Source: a virus (taxonomy: Duplodnaviria; Heunggongvirae; Uroviricota; Caudoviricetes). Taken from it: a stretch of 33,607 bases of DNA. Positions within the stretch are counted from its first letter, which is position 1. Each line of letters begins with the position of its first letter. A model generated the notes under the pieces. The model had not been told where the DNA came from and ran no database searches. It worked only from the letters and a program-made list of their open reading frames with translations. Below are positions 25,368-33,607 of this stretch, in pieces. A program made the translations under genes and the position numbers. Location: positions 88,725 to 122,331 of the IMG/VR virus record IMGVR_UViG_3300036790_000261; one strand, given 5' to 3'.

Positions 25368-26736
25368 GCACTGTCTCCTTTTCGGTTCGGGCGGCCTGCT
25401 CGTCACTGAACAGGTCAGCGTGCGCGGAGACGCCCGGGTATACGCCTTTGCTCTCGTACTCCCCGGCGATATCCTCGGGCGCGACCAGGTAGCCGTTTTT
25501 GCCGTTGATGTACATCGGCTCGCATTCGAAACTGGTTTTCCGGTACGTCCAGCCCGTCATGTGCGCCATGATCCGGGCGGCGGCGTACTCGCTCAGGTCG
25601 CCGTACCCGTTGAACACCATGAACGCGTCCGGGGTTTCCGTGTCGAAAGTCGGACCTAGCGGCATTCCGTAGTCCATCATTCGCCGCAAGGGCATGACCC
25701 ACGCGCGACCGGAAACAAACCCGTACTCGCTGCTGAACGTGCGCAGCCCGAACCCGCCGTTAGTCTTGAGCGCGCACCGGCTTTCCTTGTAGTCGGTCCA
25801 CCAGCATGAGCCCTCGTGGTAGAAGTCTTCCGCGCTTAGGTTCAGGTCCCGGGTGACTTCGACAACGTAACTAGACTGGCTGCCGCTGTTATCCCGCGCG
25901 ATGCAGCCAACCTGCGCCAGGATTTTCGGGGAAAGCCTCACCCCGTACACCGTGTAGGCAAACCGGCTGAGCCGCTTGGGGTAGTTGCCCCGCTTGTCCT
26001 GCCACAGGTCACCCAGGACGGCCAGGTCGTACACCAGGTTTGTACTTTCACCCTGTACGTTCAGTTCCTGCCGAAGGTAGCTCTTGATGGCGTCCAGCCC
26101 CGGCGCGGAGATGATCCCGGCCGGCAGCGTGACCGTCACCCGCGTGTCGTTAGCCAGCGGCGGCGCGCCGTCATTGCGGACGGTGAACGACTCTTGCGGC
26201 GACACGCAGCCGCAGCCGTCCTCGTCGTCGTGGTCGTGCTCGTCCTCGTACTCGTCGGCGTAATAGCCTTCGCAGTACTCGCAGTACGTGTAGTCCCGCC
26301 CCAGGCAGTTTGCGCAGGTGTCGTCACCGTTGAGCGCGGTGATCAGGTCACCGTCCGGGTACTTGCTTGCGCAGCCGGCGCAGCTAACCCAGCTGTCGGC
26401 GCACGGCTCGCAGAGACGGTCCGTGCTTATCTCCCCGGCCTGGCTCGTTTCATCTTCCCAGGCGGGTGCGCCGCAGCCTGAGTTGACGCAGAAGACCACG
26501 CTGTCGATCTCGGCCGGGTTACGGGTGATGCTGCGCAGGAACGCCCGGAACGCGGGCTTGGAGCTACTTTCGAAGTCGCCCCACAGGTCAGCCAGGTTCA
26601 GGTCCTCGGCGCAGACGTTCTTCGGGTTCCCGTCCCGGTCGTAGCCGTCCCGGTCAGCCCCGTTAGCGTCGTAGCCCTCGCCGTCGTAGCCGTCTGCCTC
26701 ACCGAACAGCGGCTCGAAGCAGTAGGTCACAGTCAT
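25357..26736 (-). CDS. Large hypothetical protein with DGYDxxG repeats and multiple CxxC motifs
   Basis: DGYDGEGYDANGADRDGYDRDG; CEPC, CAGC, CANC, CEYC. Confidence 0.75.
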   Translation of the reverse strand: MTVTYCFEPLFGEADGYDGEGYDANGADRDGYDRDGNPKNVCAEDLNLADLWGDFESSSKPAFRAFLRSITRNPAEIDSVVFCVNSGCGAPAWEDETSQAGEISTDRLCEPCADSWVSCAGCASKYPDGDLITALNGDDTCANCLGRDYTYCEYCEGYYADEYEDEHDHDDEDGCGCVSPQESFTVRNDGAPPLANDTRVTVTLPAGIISAPGLDAIKSYLRQELNVQGESTNLVYDLAVLGDLWQDKRGNYPKRLSRFAYTVYGVRLSPKILAQVGCIARDNSGSQSSYVVEVTRDLNLSAEDFYHEGSCWWTDYKESRCALKTNGGFGLRTFSSEYGFVSGRAWVMPLRRMMDYGMPLGPTFDTETPDAFMVFNGYGDLSEYAAARIMAHMTGWTYRKTSFECEPMYINGKNGYLVAPEDIAGEYESKGVYPGVSAHADLFSDEQAARTEKETVHVA

Positions 26737-26759
26737 TTCATGCCGTCCCCTTCTTGATT

Positions 26760-26846
26760 CCGTTCCGCCCGTTCGGGCACGGAAAAGGCCCGTGCCAACT
26801 GCCGCGTGGCAGTCAGGCGGGCCTCAACCGTGAGCTAACGGCTCAG
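26760..26846. repeat. ~87-bp intergenic module, copy 2
   Basis: See 24172-24258. Confidence 0.85.
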
Positions 26847-26850
26847 TCAG

Positions 26851-27057
26851 TTATTTGATCAGGGTCACCATGGTGAGGTTCTTGTACCGCACTGACAGGG
26901 TGACGCCGGCCGGCTTGTCCAGCTTGTTGATGTACCGCCCGTCATCGGGCGATGACATGTCGTTGATCTGGAAGTCCTTGCCGGCGTTCCAGTCCGCCAG
27001 CACGGCGGCCTTTGACTTGTAGTCGCGCCCGTACGCGGGGACCACGGTTAGGTACAT
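26851..27057 (-). CDS. Small conserved phage hypothetical protein
   Basis: PAYGRDYKSKAAVLADWNAGKDF; SD after a palindrome. Confidence 0.7.
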   Translation of the reverse strand: MYLTVVPAYGRDYKSKAAVLADWNAGKDFQINDMSSPDDGRYINKLDKPAGVTLSVRYKNLTMVTLIK

Positions 27058-27091
27058 GCCTTGCTCCGTTCTCTCAACTGCCACGTGGCAG

Positions 27092-27436
27092 TCAGTCTTG
27101 GCTCTTGTCCCGGTTGTCGTCCGGTGTGTGCCCGAAGGCGTCGATCTCGCCGCGCTCGTACGCCATCCGCATCTCGCCGATTGCTGAGTCCCGCTGGTCT
27201 TGCAGAGAGCGCGGCTGCCTGATGTACAGCGTCTGGTAGTTCGTGCGGATCAGCAGCCCCATGGTCTTGGCCAGTTCCGCGAACTTGATCAGCACGGCCG
27301 GCGCTACCTCGCTCTCGCCCAGGTTCAGGCTCGCCACGTCAGTGGCCCTGAAGTAGGTCGCCAGCTTCGTGCGCACCCACTCGTCAACTGCTTCCGGCGG
27401 GAAGAAGTCGTATGCTGCCTTGTGACTCATGCTCAT
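27092..27436 (-). CDS. Hypothetical protein
   Basis: Bounded by palindromes at 27457 and 27077. Confidence 0.65.
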   Translation of the reverse strand: MSMSHKAAYDFFPPEAVDEWVRTKLATYFRATDVASLNLGESEVAPAVLIKFAELAKTMGLLIRTNYQTLYIRQPRSLQDQRDSAIGEMRMAYERGEIDAFGHTPDDNRDKSQD

Positions 27437-28062
27437 GCCTTGCTCCGTTTCCCGTAACTGCCATGCGGCAGTCAGCTAGTGAACTGTGAGTTAGCGGTGT
27501 AGTGCGCGGAGCAATCTTGCTCTTACCCCCGTGGAGCCGCCGGGGCGGCGTGCGAGGGCAGCTGAACAACCCGCGCCCCTTGTGCCGTCACCGTAGATCG
27601 CGACGTAGCTACCGCTGGGCAGGTGCACGACTGCGTACTCTTGCGTGCTGTGCAGGGTGATTGCACCGCGGAATCTTCCTGGCTTGCTGTTCATGGTGCT
27701 CCGTTTTCTCTCAACTGCCACGTGGCAGTTACGCGATGTTGGCCAGTACCAGCAGCTCGATAGCGATAGCGATGACGCCTAGCCACCACGCCATGCCCCA
27801 CAGCAGGGTGACCAGCGCGGTGAACGCGACGACGATTACGCAGCCCATGTCCGGGCCCAGTTCCGCAGCCGGGCCAGGACAAGCCGCTTGTTCGCCTGCC
27901 TGCGCAGCGCCGTGCACTCCTCCAGGGAGAAGCTAGCTTCGATGACGCCGAGGAACCAGTCATCCCGCTCGGCCACCTCCGCGCGGAGGATCGTGTTTCG
28001 CATTGCCTGCCGTTCACGCTCTGTCATGCCCTTACTCCGTTCTCTCAACTGCCACGTGGCAG

Positions 28063-28302
28063 TCAGCGCCAGCCTCCGGTTACGAATGCGTGCAGCCCGT
28101 GCCCCAAGGCAGCGATGATCAGGAACATGATCATGAATGGCCACAGCCACGCGGTGAATAGGCGGTTGATGTGCGTGTTCCGCTCTGCTGTGTGCTGCCA
28201 GTTACTGTCCTCTTCAAGTAGCTGCTTCCAGGACAGGAATCCGTACATGCCGCGCACGGCCAGCAGGTACCCGGCGATAGCTATTGTCGGTATCCACCAC
28301 AT
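28063..28302 (-). CDS. Small membrane protein
   Basis: Two hydrophobic segments; palindrome-bounded. Confidence 0.6.
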   Translation of the reverse strand: MWWIPTIAIAGYLLAVRGMYGFLSWKQLLEEDSNWQHTAERNTHINRLFTAWLWPFMIMFLIIAALGHGLHAFVTGGWR

Positions 28303-28766
28303 GCCTTGCTCCGTTCTCTCAACTGCCACGTGGCAGTCATTAATGGACTGCTTAGTCGTTGGGATGCGGGATGGGGGTAATGACCGGGCCATGCCGTTGC
28401 CCGGCTCCTTCCTCTTCTTCGCGGCTGTCGTCGTTCTTGTCCTCAGTAGCGTTGTCCACGTCGACCAGGATGACCCCGCCCGCCCCCCGGCGCGAGTGAT
28501 AGCGCCAGTCAGGATGGGCGACCAGCAGCCGCGTGACCCGCCCCATGTCCTGCCGCGATGCGATCACCAGAGTCATGCGGGTACCTCGCTAGTCAGTGAG
28601 TCGATCACCCGCATGAGGTCCGCGAGTTCTTCCGCGAACTGCGCGTCTGTTTCTGCCTGCCATTCCTCCGGCCCCATAGCCGTTTCCTTTCCCTGTGTCC
28701 CGTGCCAGGTAAGCACGCGGCAAGCCAACTGCCACGCGGCAGTCAGCTCACCGTGCGCCGGCCCGC

Positions 28767-29111
28767 TTAGAACGGGGGAGTGTGACAGGGTTCGGTAACC
28801 GCGTCGCCCTGATTCGCCGGATTGTCGTAGAAGTCTCGGTTACCGTGCCCGGCAATCGGCGTGACACTGGCATCGCGCCACTCAGTTCCGTCCCACGTGC
28901 GAATGACGATGTGCGGCGTGTCTAGGAACACGTCACCGGGGGAGCGCCGGCTGTCCCCGCACGGGTACACGGCCACGATGAACTGCCCTGCCGTGCGCAG
29001 CGATTTGTCTTGCGTGACGTAGTGATTGCCGAACCCCGCCCCCATGGGGTAGGCGAACGGGATGTTCCGGATGCGCGCGTGAGCGTTGTCACTGCTGTCT
29101 GTGAATGTCAT
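28767..29111 (-). CDS. Hypothetical protein
   Basis: SD ACGGAGCAAGGGGC, as seen at neighbouring genes. Confidence 0.55.
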   Translation of the reverse strand: MTFTDSSDNAHARIRNIPFAYPMGAGFGNHYVTQDKSLRTAGQFIVAVYPCGDSRRSPGDVFLDTPHIVIRTWDGTEWRDASVTPIAGHGNRDFYDNPANQGDAVTEPCHTPPF

Positions 29112-29552
29112 GCCCCTTGCTCCGTTCGGTCAGACGGGGGTGAAAACAGAGATCGCGGTGGCCAGCAGCAATGCTGCCAGAATGAATATAAGCGCGCCTA
29201 TCACGCGCTTGAACTTGACCAGCGGCCGGCAGTAGGGCGCGTTCGCGTGTACCCCGACGCGCCGCGCGGGCAGGAACTTGACTCGCCCGTTGCTGTGTTT
29301 CATGACGAAATCCGCCCGTCCGGGCCACAGCCTACGTAGATCGGGCCGATCCAGCCGGCTACGTAGCCCTTCGGCAGGTCGAACGGGTGCCAGTAGTCGG
29401 TCGCGACGAATTCAACGCGGTACCGCGCGCACAACTCGCGCAACGCTGCCTCTTGCCCAGGGGTCATGCTGCTTTCCCTTCACTGTCTCGCGCTCACGGT
29501 AAGCACGCGGGAGGCAACTGCCACGTGGCAGTCACCTCCCGTACGCCGGCCC

Positions 29553-29873
29553 CTAGCAGGAGATCAAGCGTTCCGATGACTCGTCCCACGTCTGCAGGAG
29601 CGCGGTCGGCGCATCCGTGGCCGGCGCATCCGTGGCCGGCGCATGCCGCGCGTGCCACTTGTCGACTGCCCATCGCGCGAATTTGATCAGGGCTACGATG
29701 ACTATTTCGTCGGCCTGCCCTGGGAATATCAGTGCCACGACGAACACGGTCATCACGATGACTTTGACCCATACCGGCCCCGGTATCTGCCTCCACAACT
29801 CGCGGAGCATGTCCTTAGCCCACCACCACAGCCACGCCACGCGGAACTGCAGCCATTCGCTGTAGTCACTCAT
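29553..29873 (-). CDS. Small membrane protein
   Basis: TM segment; DAPAT x2 tandem repeat. Confidence 0.55.
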   Translation of the reverse strand: MSDYSEWLQFRVAWLWWWAKDMLRELWRQIPGPVWVKVIVMTVFVVALIFPGQADEIVIVALIKFARWAVDKWHARHAPATDAPATDAPTALLQTWDESSERLISC

Positions 29874-29949
29874 GCGCTCTTTCCCCTCTTGCTCACAGGC
29901 GACAGTTCAGGACTCACGCTTGCCATTCCCTTCAACTGCCACGTGGCAG

Positions 29950-30480
29950 TCAGTAGCGCGGGCTAGGGGAAAGCCTCCCGCTAGCCGTGGTCCCCGTTGG
30001 GTAGCTCTCGCCCGCGTCAAGAACGTCGCCGGCGTCGCGCGCTAGGTTCTGCCGCGCGCTAGCCCATCCCCGGTATCCCCCGTCGGTGCCGGCTGCCTCA
30101 GCCTCAGCAAGGGTTACCCCCGGGGCCACGCGCGTGCCGGCCACGCGGATACCGTGCGACGGTGTGACAGCCGGCGCTGTGGTGCGGGCCATGGCAGGCA
30201 CGGGATTGCCTGCAAAGTGCGCGGCGTTGGGCCGGAACGTGCCTCCGTACCGTCCGCCGTTGCGGCGGTTGGCGTTCGTGTTGACGCGCGGGCGCCGGCC
30301 AGTGCCTAGCCGCGTGCCGTCAAGTACCGACCCACGGTCTCCCGACGGTCCTCCGGTCATGGCCACGGTCGTGTCAGTAGCCTTGCGCGTCGCGGTGACC
30401 GGGGATACAGCGTGCGGTCGCATGCGCTCTTGCAGCCGCGCAATGACCTCGGCCAGTGGCTCACTCATGATGCGCTGCAC
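29950..30480 (-). CDS. Hypothetical protein
   Basis: The stop overlaps the palindrome at 29935-29950. Confidence 0.45.
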   Translation of the reverse strand: MQRIMSEPLAEVIARLQERMRPHAVSPVTATRKATDTTVAMTGGPSGDRGSVLDGTRLGTGRRPRVNTNANRRNGGRYGGTFRPNAAHFAGNPVPAMARTTAPAVTPSHGIRVAGTRVAPGVTLAEAEAAGTDGGYRGWASARQNLARDAGDVLDAGESYPTGTTASGRLSPSPRY

Positions 30481-30752
30481 TCATTCAGTGAGCCGTTGCC
30501 GTAACTGTCAACGTCCATGGTGCAGGTGAGCGTCTGGCCGCTGATCACGGCGTGCGTGCGGTAGCTGTAGGGAGTGACCGGGCCGGTAGCCGGCGTACGC
30601 ATCGCGTAGAACGCGAACCCGATGGCAACGGCACTGAGCGTCATGCAGGTGACCACGTAGCGTCCGTAGCCGCGCGGCATGTTCCGGGGAAGGAACAAGT
30701 AGCCACCGACAACAAGCGCAATGCCGGCTAGTGCGATCTCAGAGAGCGTCAT
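30465..30752 (-). CDS. Membrane protein
   Basis: Two TM segments; SD ACGGAGG. Confidence 0.6.
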   Translation of the reverse strand: MTLSEIALAGIALVVGGYLFLPRNMPRGYGRYVVTCMTLSAVAIGFAFYAMRTPATGPVTPYSYRTHAVISGQTLTCTMDVDSYGNGSLNECSAS

Positions 30753-30844
30753 GCGGTTACCTCCGTAGCTGTGTCCGTGCGGTAAGCACGTGGCACGGGC
30801 CGCGCGTCGTTTGCGCGGTCCGCACCATGCGCCGGCCGGCTAGG

Positions 30845-31693
30845 TCACTCACTCACGGCCAGTTCCGCCATGCGCGCCACGATCGCGGCCGACAGCTCAG
30901 ACAGCATGTCGGTGTTGTCTAGGTCCGCGATGAATTCAGCCACCGCCGCCATGCTGAGAACGGGAACCATGCGCGTGACCGGCGCGGCCGGTGTCTTGCT
31001 GGCAGGGGTCTTGTCGGACGTGCCGGCCTTGCTAGCCTGCCCGCCGGCGGAGCGTGCCTCACTCGCGATGCCTAGTTCCTTGCGGTCACGCGCGACGGAC
31101 CGCGCGCCGGCCCCGGTCATGTCCGCGATGACCTGAACTTCGACCGTGTTGCCCATCGCCTTGACGACAATCTGGCGCGCTTTGGCGGGGAGCGCGAAAC
31201 CCGTGTCATTGTTCACGCCGATGACGCCCGAGTAGTACGCCGCGAGAGTCATCGGGTGACCGTTCCGCAGCTTCTTTCCCTCCCACGGGGCCAGCGGGTA
31301 GAGACGCACGATCACGTCGGCGAGCTTCATGGCCGCGTCCTCACCCGCGAACACCAGCGTTTCGGCGGAGTTTTCCAGCGCCGTGATTTCCGCCAGTTCC
31401 TCCGGAGTGTGCGCAGCGGCGACGGCAGCCGCCTCGGCCGCCGCACGCTTGTCAGCGGGCTTGACATCGGCGGGGTTGACGTCCGTGCGGACCGGCGACA
31501 CCTTGGCCGGCGGGGTGGTGGCCGGCGTCTTGGCCGGCGGGGTGGTGGCCGGCGTCTTGGCCGTGAGGATTTCGGCGAGTTGCACTCGGGTGACGCCACG
31601 GGTCACGGTGAGTCCGTTCTGCTTGGCGATCTTTCGCAGGTCCGCCATTGACATCGCGTCGTTGACGACGGGGGTGGCGACAGGAGTAGTCAT
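30845..31693 (-). CDS. Putative nucleic-acid-binding protein (HeH/Rho-N-like N-terminus, KTPATTPPA repeats, HTH-like C-terminal part)
   Basis: MSMADLRKIAKQNGL...TRVQLAEIL; 27-bp tandem repeat at ~31503-31563; VIADMTGAGARSVARDRKEL. Confidence 0.55.
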   Translation of the reverse strand: MTTPVATPVVNDAMSMADLRKIAKQNGLTVTRGVTRVQLAEILTAKTPATTPPAKTPATTPPAKVSPVRTDVNPADVKPADKRAAAEAAAVAAAHTPEELAEITALENSAETLVFAGEDAAMKLADVIVRLYPLAPWEGKKLRNGHPMTLAAYYSGVIGVNNDTGFALPAKARQIVVKAMGNTVEVQVIADMTGAGARSVARDRKELGIASEARSAGGQASKAGTSDKTPASKTPAAPVTRMVPVLSMAAVAEFIADLDNTDMLSELSAAIVARMAELAVSE

Positions 31694-32819
31694 GTGAGTG
31701 CCTTTCTCGGATTCTGTTCGTGCGATGCGCACGTGGCCGGCGTCATTCGCGGGGAATGATTCCGACCATGCACGGACGTACGATGTCAGTCGACGTCGAC
31801 AGTAGGGGCGCGGGCAGTGTCCAATTCGTAGCCCATACTCGCGGCGTATTCTGTGGCGTAGTCAAGCGCGGATTCTGCGCTTTCGGTGATCACGGGGACG
31901 GTCACGACCGTAAGCGCGGGAAGATCGTTTGTAACAGGTAGCGTGACGAGAAAATGTGTCATTCGGTAACCTCCGTTACTCGTCAGGAAAAATCATTGAT
32001 GAATGCGGAAATACCGCCATCGTATTCGCGCTCAACGGCTAGATCGACGTCGTATGCGCCCATGGTGGACGCGTTACGGTATCCCCAATCGTGGAGAAGC
32101 TCACGCGCGTCATCCATTAGGACGATTGGGACGACAATGACAGATGGCATTCGGTAACCTCCGTTGTGAGGTGACTGCCAGGTGGCAGTTTCGCGCGGCC
32201 CGCTGGTCTGATACCAGTGACACCCGTTGCCAGCGCCGGCGGTAGGGGTAAGCAATCGGGCCGCACAACTGAATGTGACTGCCAATCGCGGAATCCTGCC
32301 TGTTAGCGCCGCTAGTGACGGACCGCTTAAAGCTATGTGCTACATGATGTGCTACTTGCGTAGGGTTCCTAGAGCGCGATGACACTCGGTTGGCTTTCAC
32401 TGGGAACCGGCTATGTGCATGCCGTGCAACGGATCTCAGAACGGATCAACGGTGCAGTTGCCAGAATGGCTAGAAGCTACCGGCAAACGGTTTGTCATCG
32501 TGAGCGCTTACGCGCTTGACTAGGTGTGATGTACCGATTCCATCGCTTGCCAGCGCGCGTTCCGTGCGGGCAATGCGTGAAGCTGAATCGATCGATACGG
32601 TTTCTACGAACCGTTTAAACGTGGCGCTTGTCGGGCGCACTCTCCGGTGTTGAGTTTTCAAGTTTCGCGCGGGCACCTGCTTGGCACGCTAGCGCTTTGC
32701 CGGGCCGATGTTGTCAACTAGACCAACTAGACACAAGCTATGCGACGCGTGGCAGTTAGGTCAAATGTCAGCCATGTGACGTAGGTCACACTGTGAACTA
32801 GCTTGCCTGCTAGAGATGA

Positions 32820-33570
32820 ACACGCACGTGTACGCGCGCCCGTGAGAGCCTGTGACCTGCACTGACTTGCTGTGCGCGCTGTGATCATGCCTGTGACCAG
32901 CGTAAACGCGTGTATGCCCCTGTACGGCTTGTACAGCCAATCTGAGCCACCTAGGCACGCCGGCGGGTGATTCCATGGGGCAGGCTAGTTCGGGGATTTC
33001 GTACGATATGTCCGGTTTGTGTATACGTACAGGTCACAGGATCAGACCACGGTGTGTGTTCTATAGACCAATCGTTATACGCGTATGTTCGTATTGTTGT
33101 TCGTATTGACGCTTCTAGCTGCATACATGTACCACGTACAGTATCCCTACCTGTACGGTGTGGTATGCCAGCAGACGTCACACACGTGTGTACCTGCGTA
33201 CCTATCACGGTCACGGTGCAGGTCAGGCGCATGCTGCACGCTCACGTGCGTTGTGCTCACAGCTTCACTGTCATGCACTGTCACCCGTACACGTGCATGC
33301 CTGTACGTGTACGTGTGTAGTCGACCATGCACGTGTGTATTCGTACATGCACGTGTGCATGCGTGGCACTGACAGCATGACCATTCACTAGTGACAGTGG
33401 TACGCATGTGCATACAGCATGACCATGCACTCATGCGTACATCCGTACCACTGCCCAACACTAGTACGCATGTGCGTACGTCATGACCATTAAACGACAG
33501 GTGACCATTCCTCCGTACATCCGTACCATTAAAGGGCACTCGTACGCATGACCGTACAGGTATGGTCATC
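32820..33570. repeat. Non-coding purine/pyrimidine-alternating region with short direct repeats
   Basis: Dense GTAC/CATG/TGCA/CACGTG. TGACCAT occurs ~4 times, GTACATCCGTACCA twice and GTACGCATG three times within 33375-33555. Confidence 0.6.
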
Positions 33571-33607
33571 AGGACCACCCGTTTTTTGTCCCACCAGTCC
33601 CAGGGAC

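Larger units (their letters stand above)
5755..32189. repeat. 24 dispersed copies of the 16-bp palindrome ACTGCCACGTGGCAGT (operator-like or cassette boundary)
   Basis: Starts at 5755, 9131, 12578, 14417, 17710, 18832, 20806, 21221, 21593, 21920, 22646, 23658, 24210, 25212, 26798, 27077, 27457, 27714, 28048, 28322, 28728, 29517, 29935 and 32174. The arms ACTGCC/GGCAGT are invariant and the central 4 bp vary (ACGT, ACGC, GCGT, AGGT, AGCT, ATGC). Confidence 0.95.

Noticed and set aside
7339-31693. A Nop-domain Tas gene among the hypothetical ORFs
   Set aside because: No IS110/Nop-like motif pattern was recognised in any translation. Structure prediction is needed to be sure.
5755-32189. Palindromes as CRISPR repeats or intrinsic terminators
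   Set aside because: They are separated by whole genes, have only a 6-bp arm plus centre, and lack consistent U-tracts.

Overview
GC-rich actinobacterial phage or prophage DNA covering the replication and early-gene region. No capsid, tail, integrase, rRNA or tRNA genes were seen. Positions 1-6893 read rightward: a primase/helicase-exonuclease-PolA replicase, a small HTH gene and an HNH gene. Positions ~6950-32200 read leftward: ~50 mostly small genes, including an RNA ligase, Ku, a P-loop protein, a GMC oxidoreductase, a muconolactone-isomerase-like protein and a Zn-peptidase. Three unusual layers were read from the sequence. (1) A ~1.75 kb insert (2672-4420) splits the DNA polymerase gene. 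It carries a T5orf172/GIY-YIG nuclease, a Cas7/RAMP-like gene and eight arrays of AGY-NN pentamers, resembling VIPR systems but with AGY instead of GGY. Read as a skip-every-third-base code, the first and last arrays match the interrupted polymerase gene on either side of the insert, in codon register (9/14 and 8/12 dinucleotides), within a zone of atypical codon usage. This suggests an RNA-guided homing or allele-competition element. (2) Eight TIGR-like stem-loop units (CCA-N9-CG-N4-CCA-N9-CG) are dispersed at five loci, with no Tas gene in the window. (3) Twenty-four copies of the palindrome ACTGCCACGTGGCAGT punctuate the genes in a cassette-like way. All analysis was done by eye; no searches were run, and functional roles are inferences.
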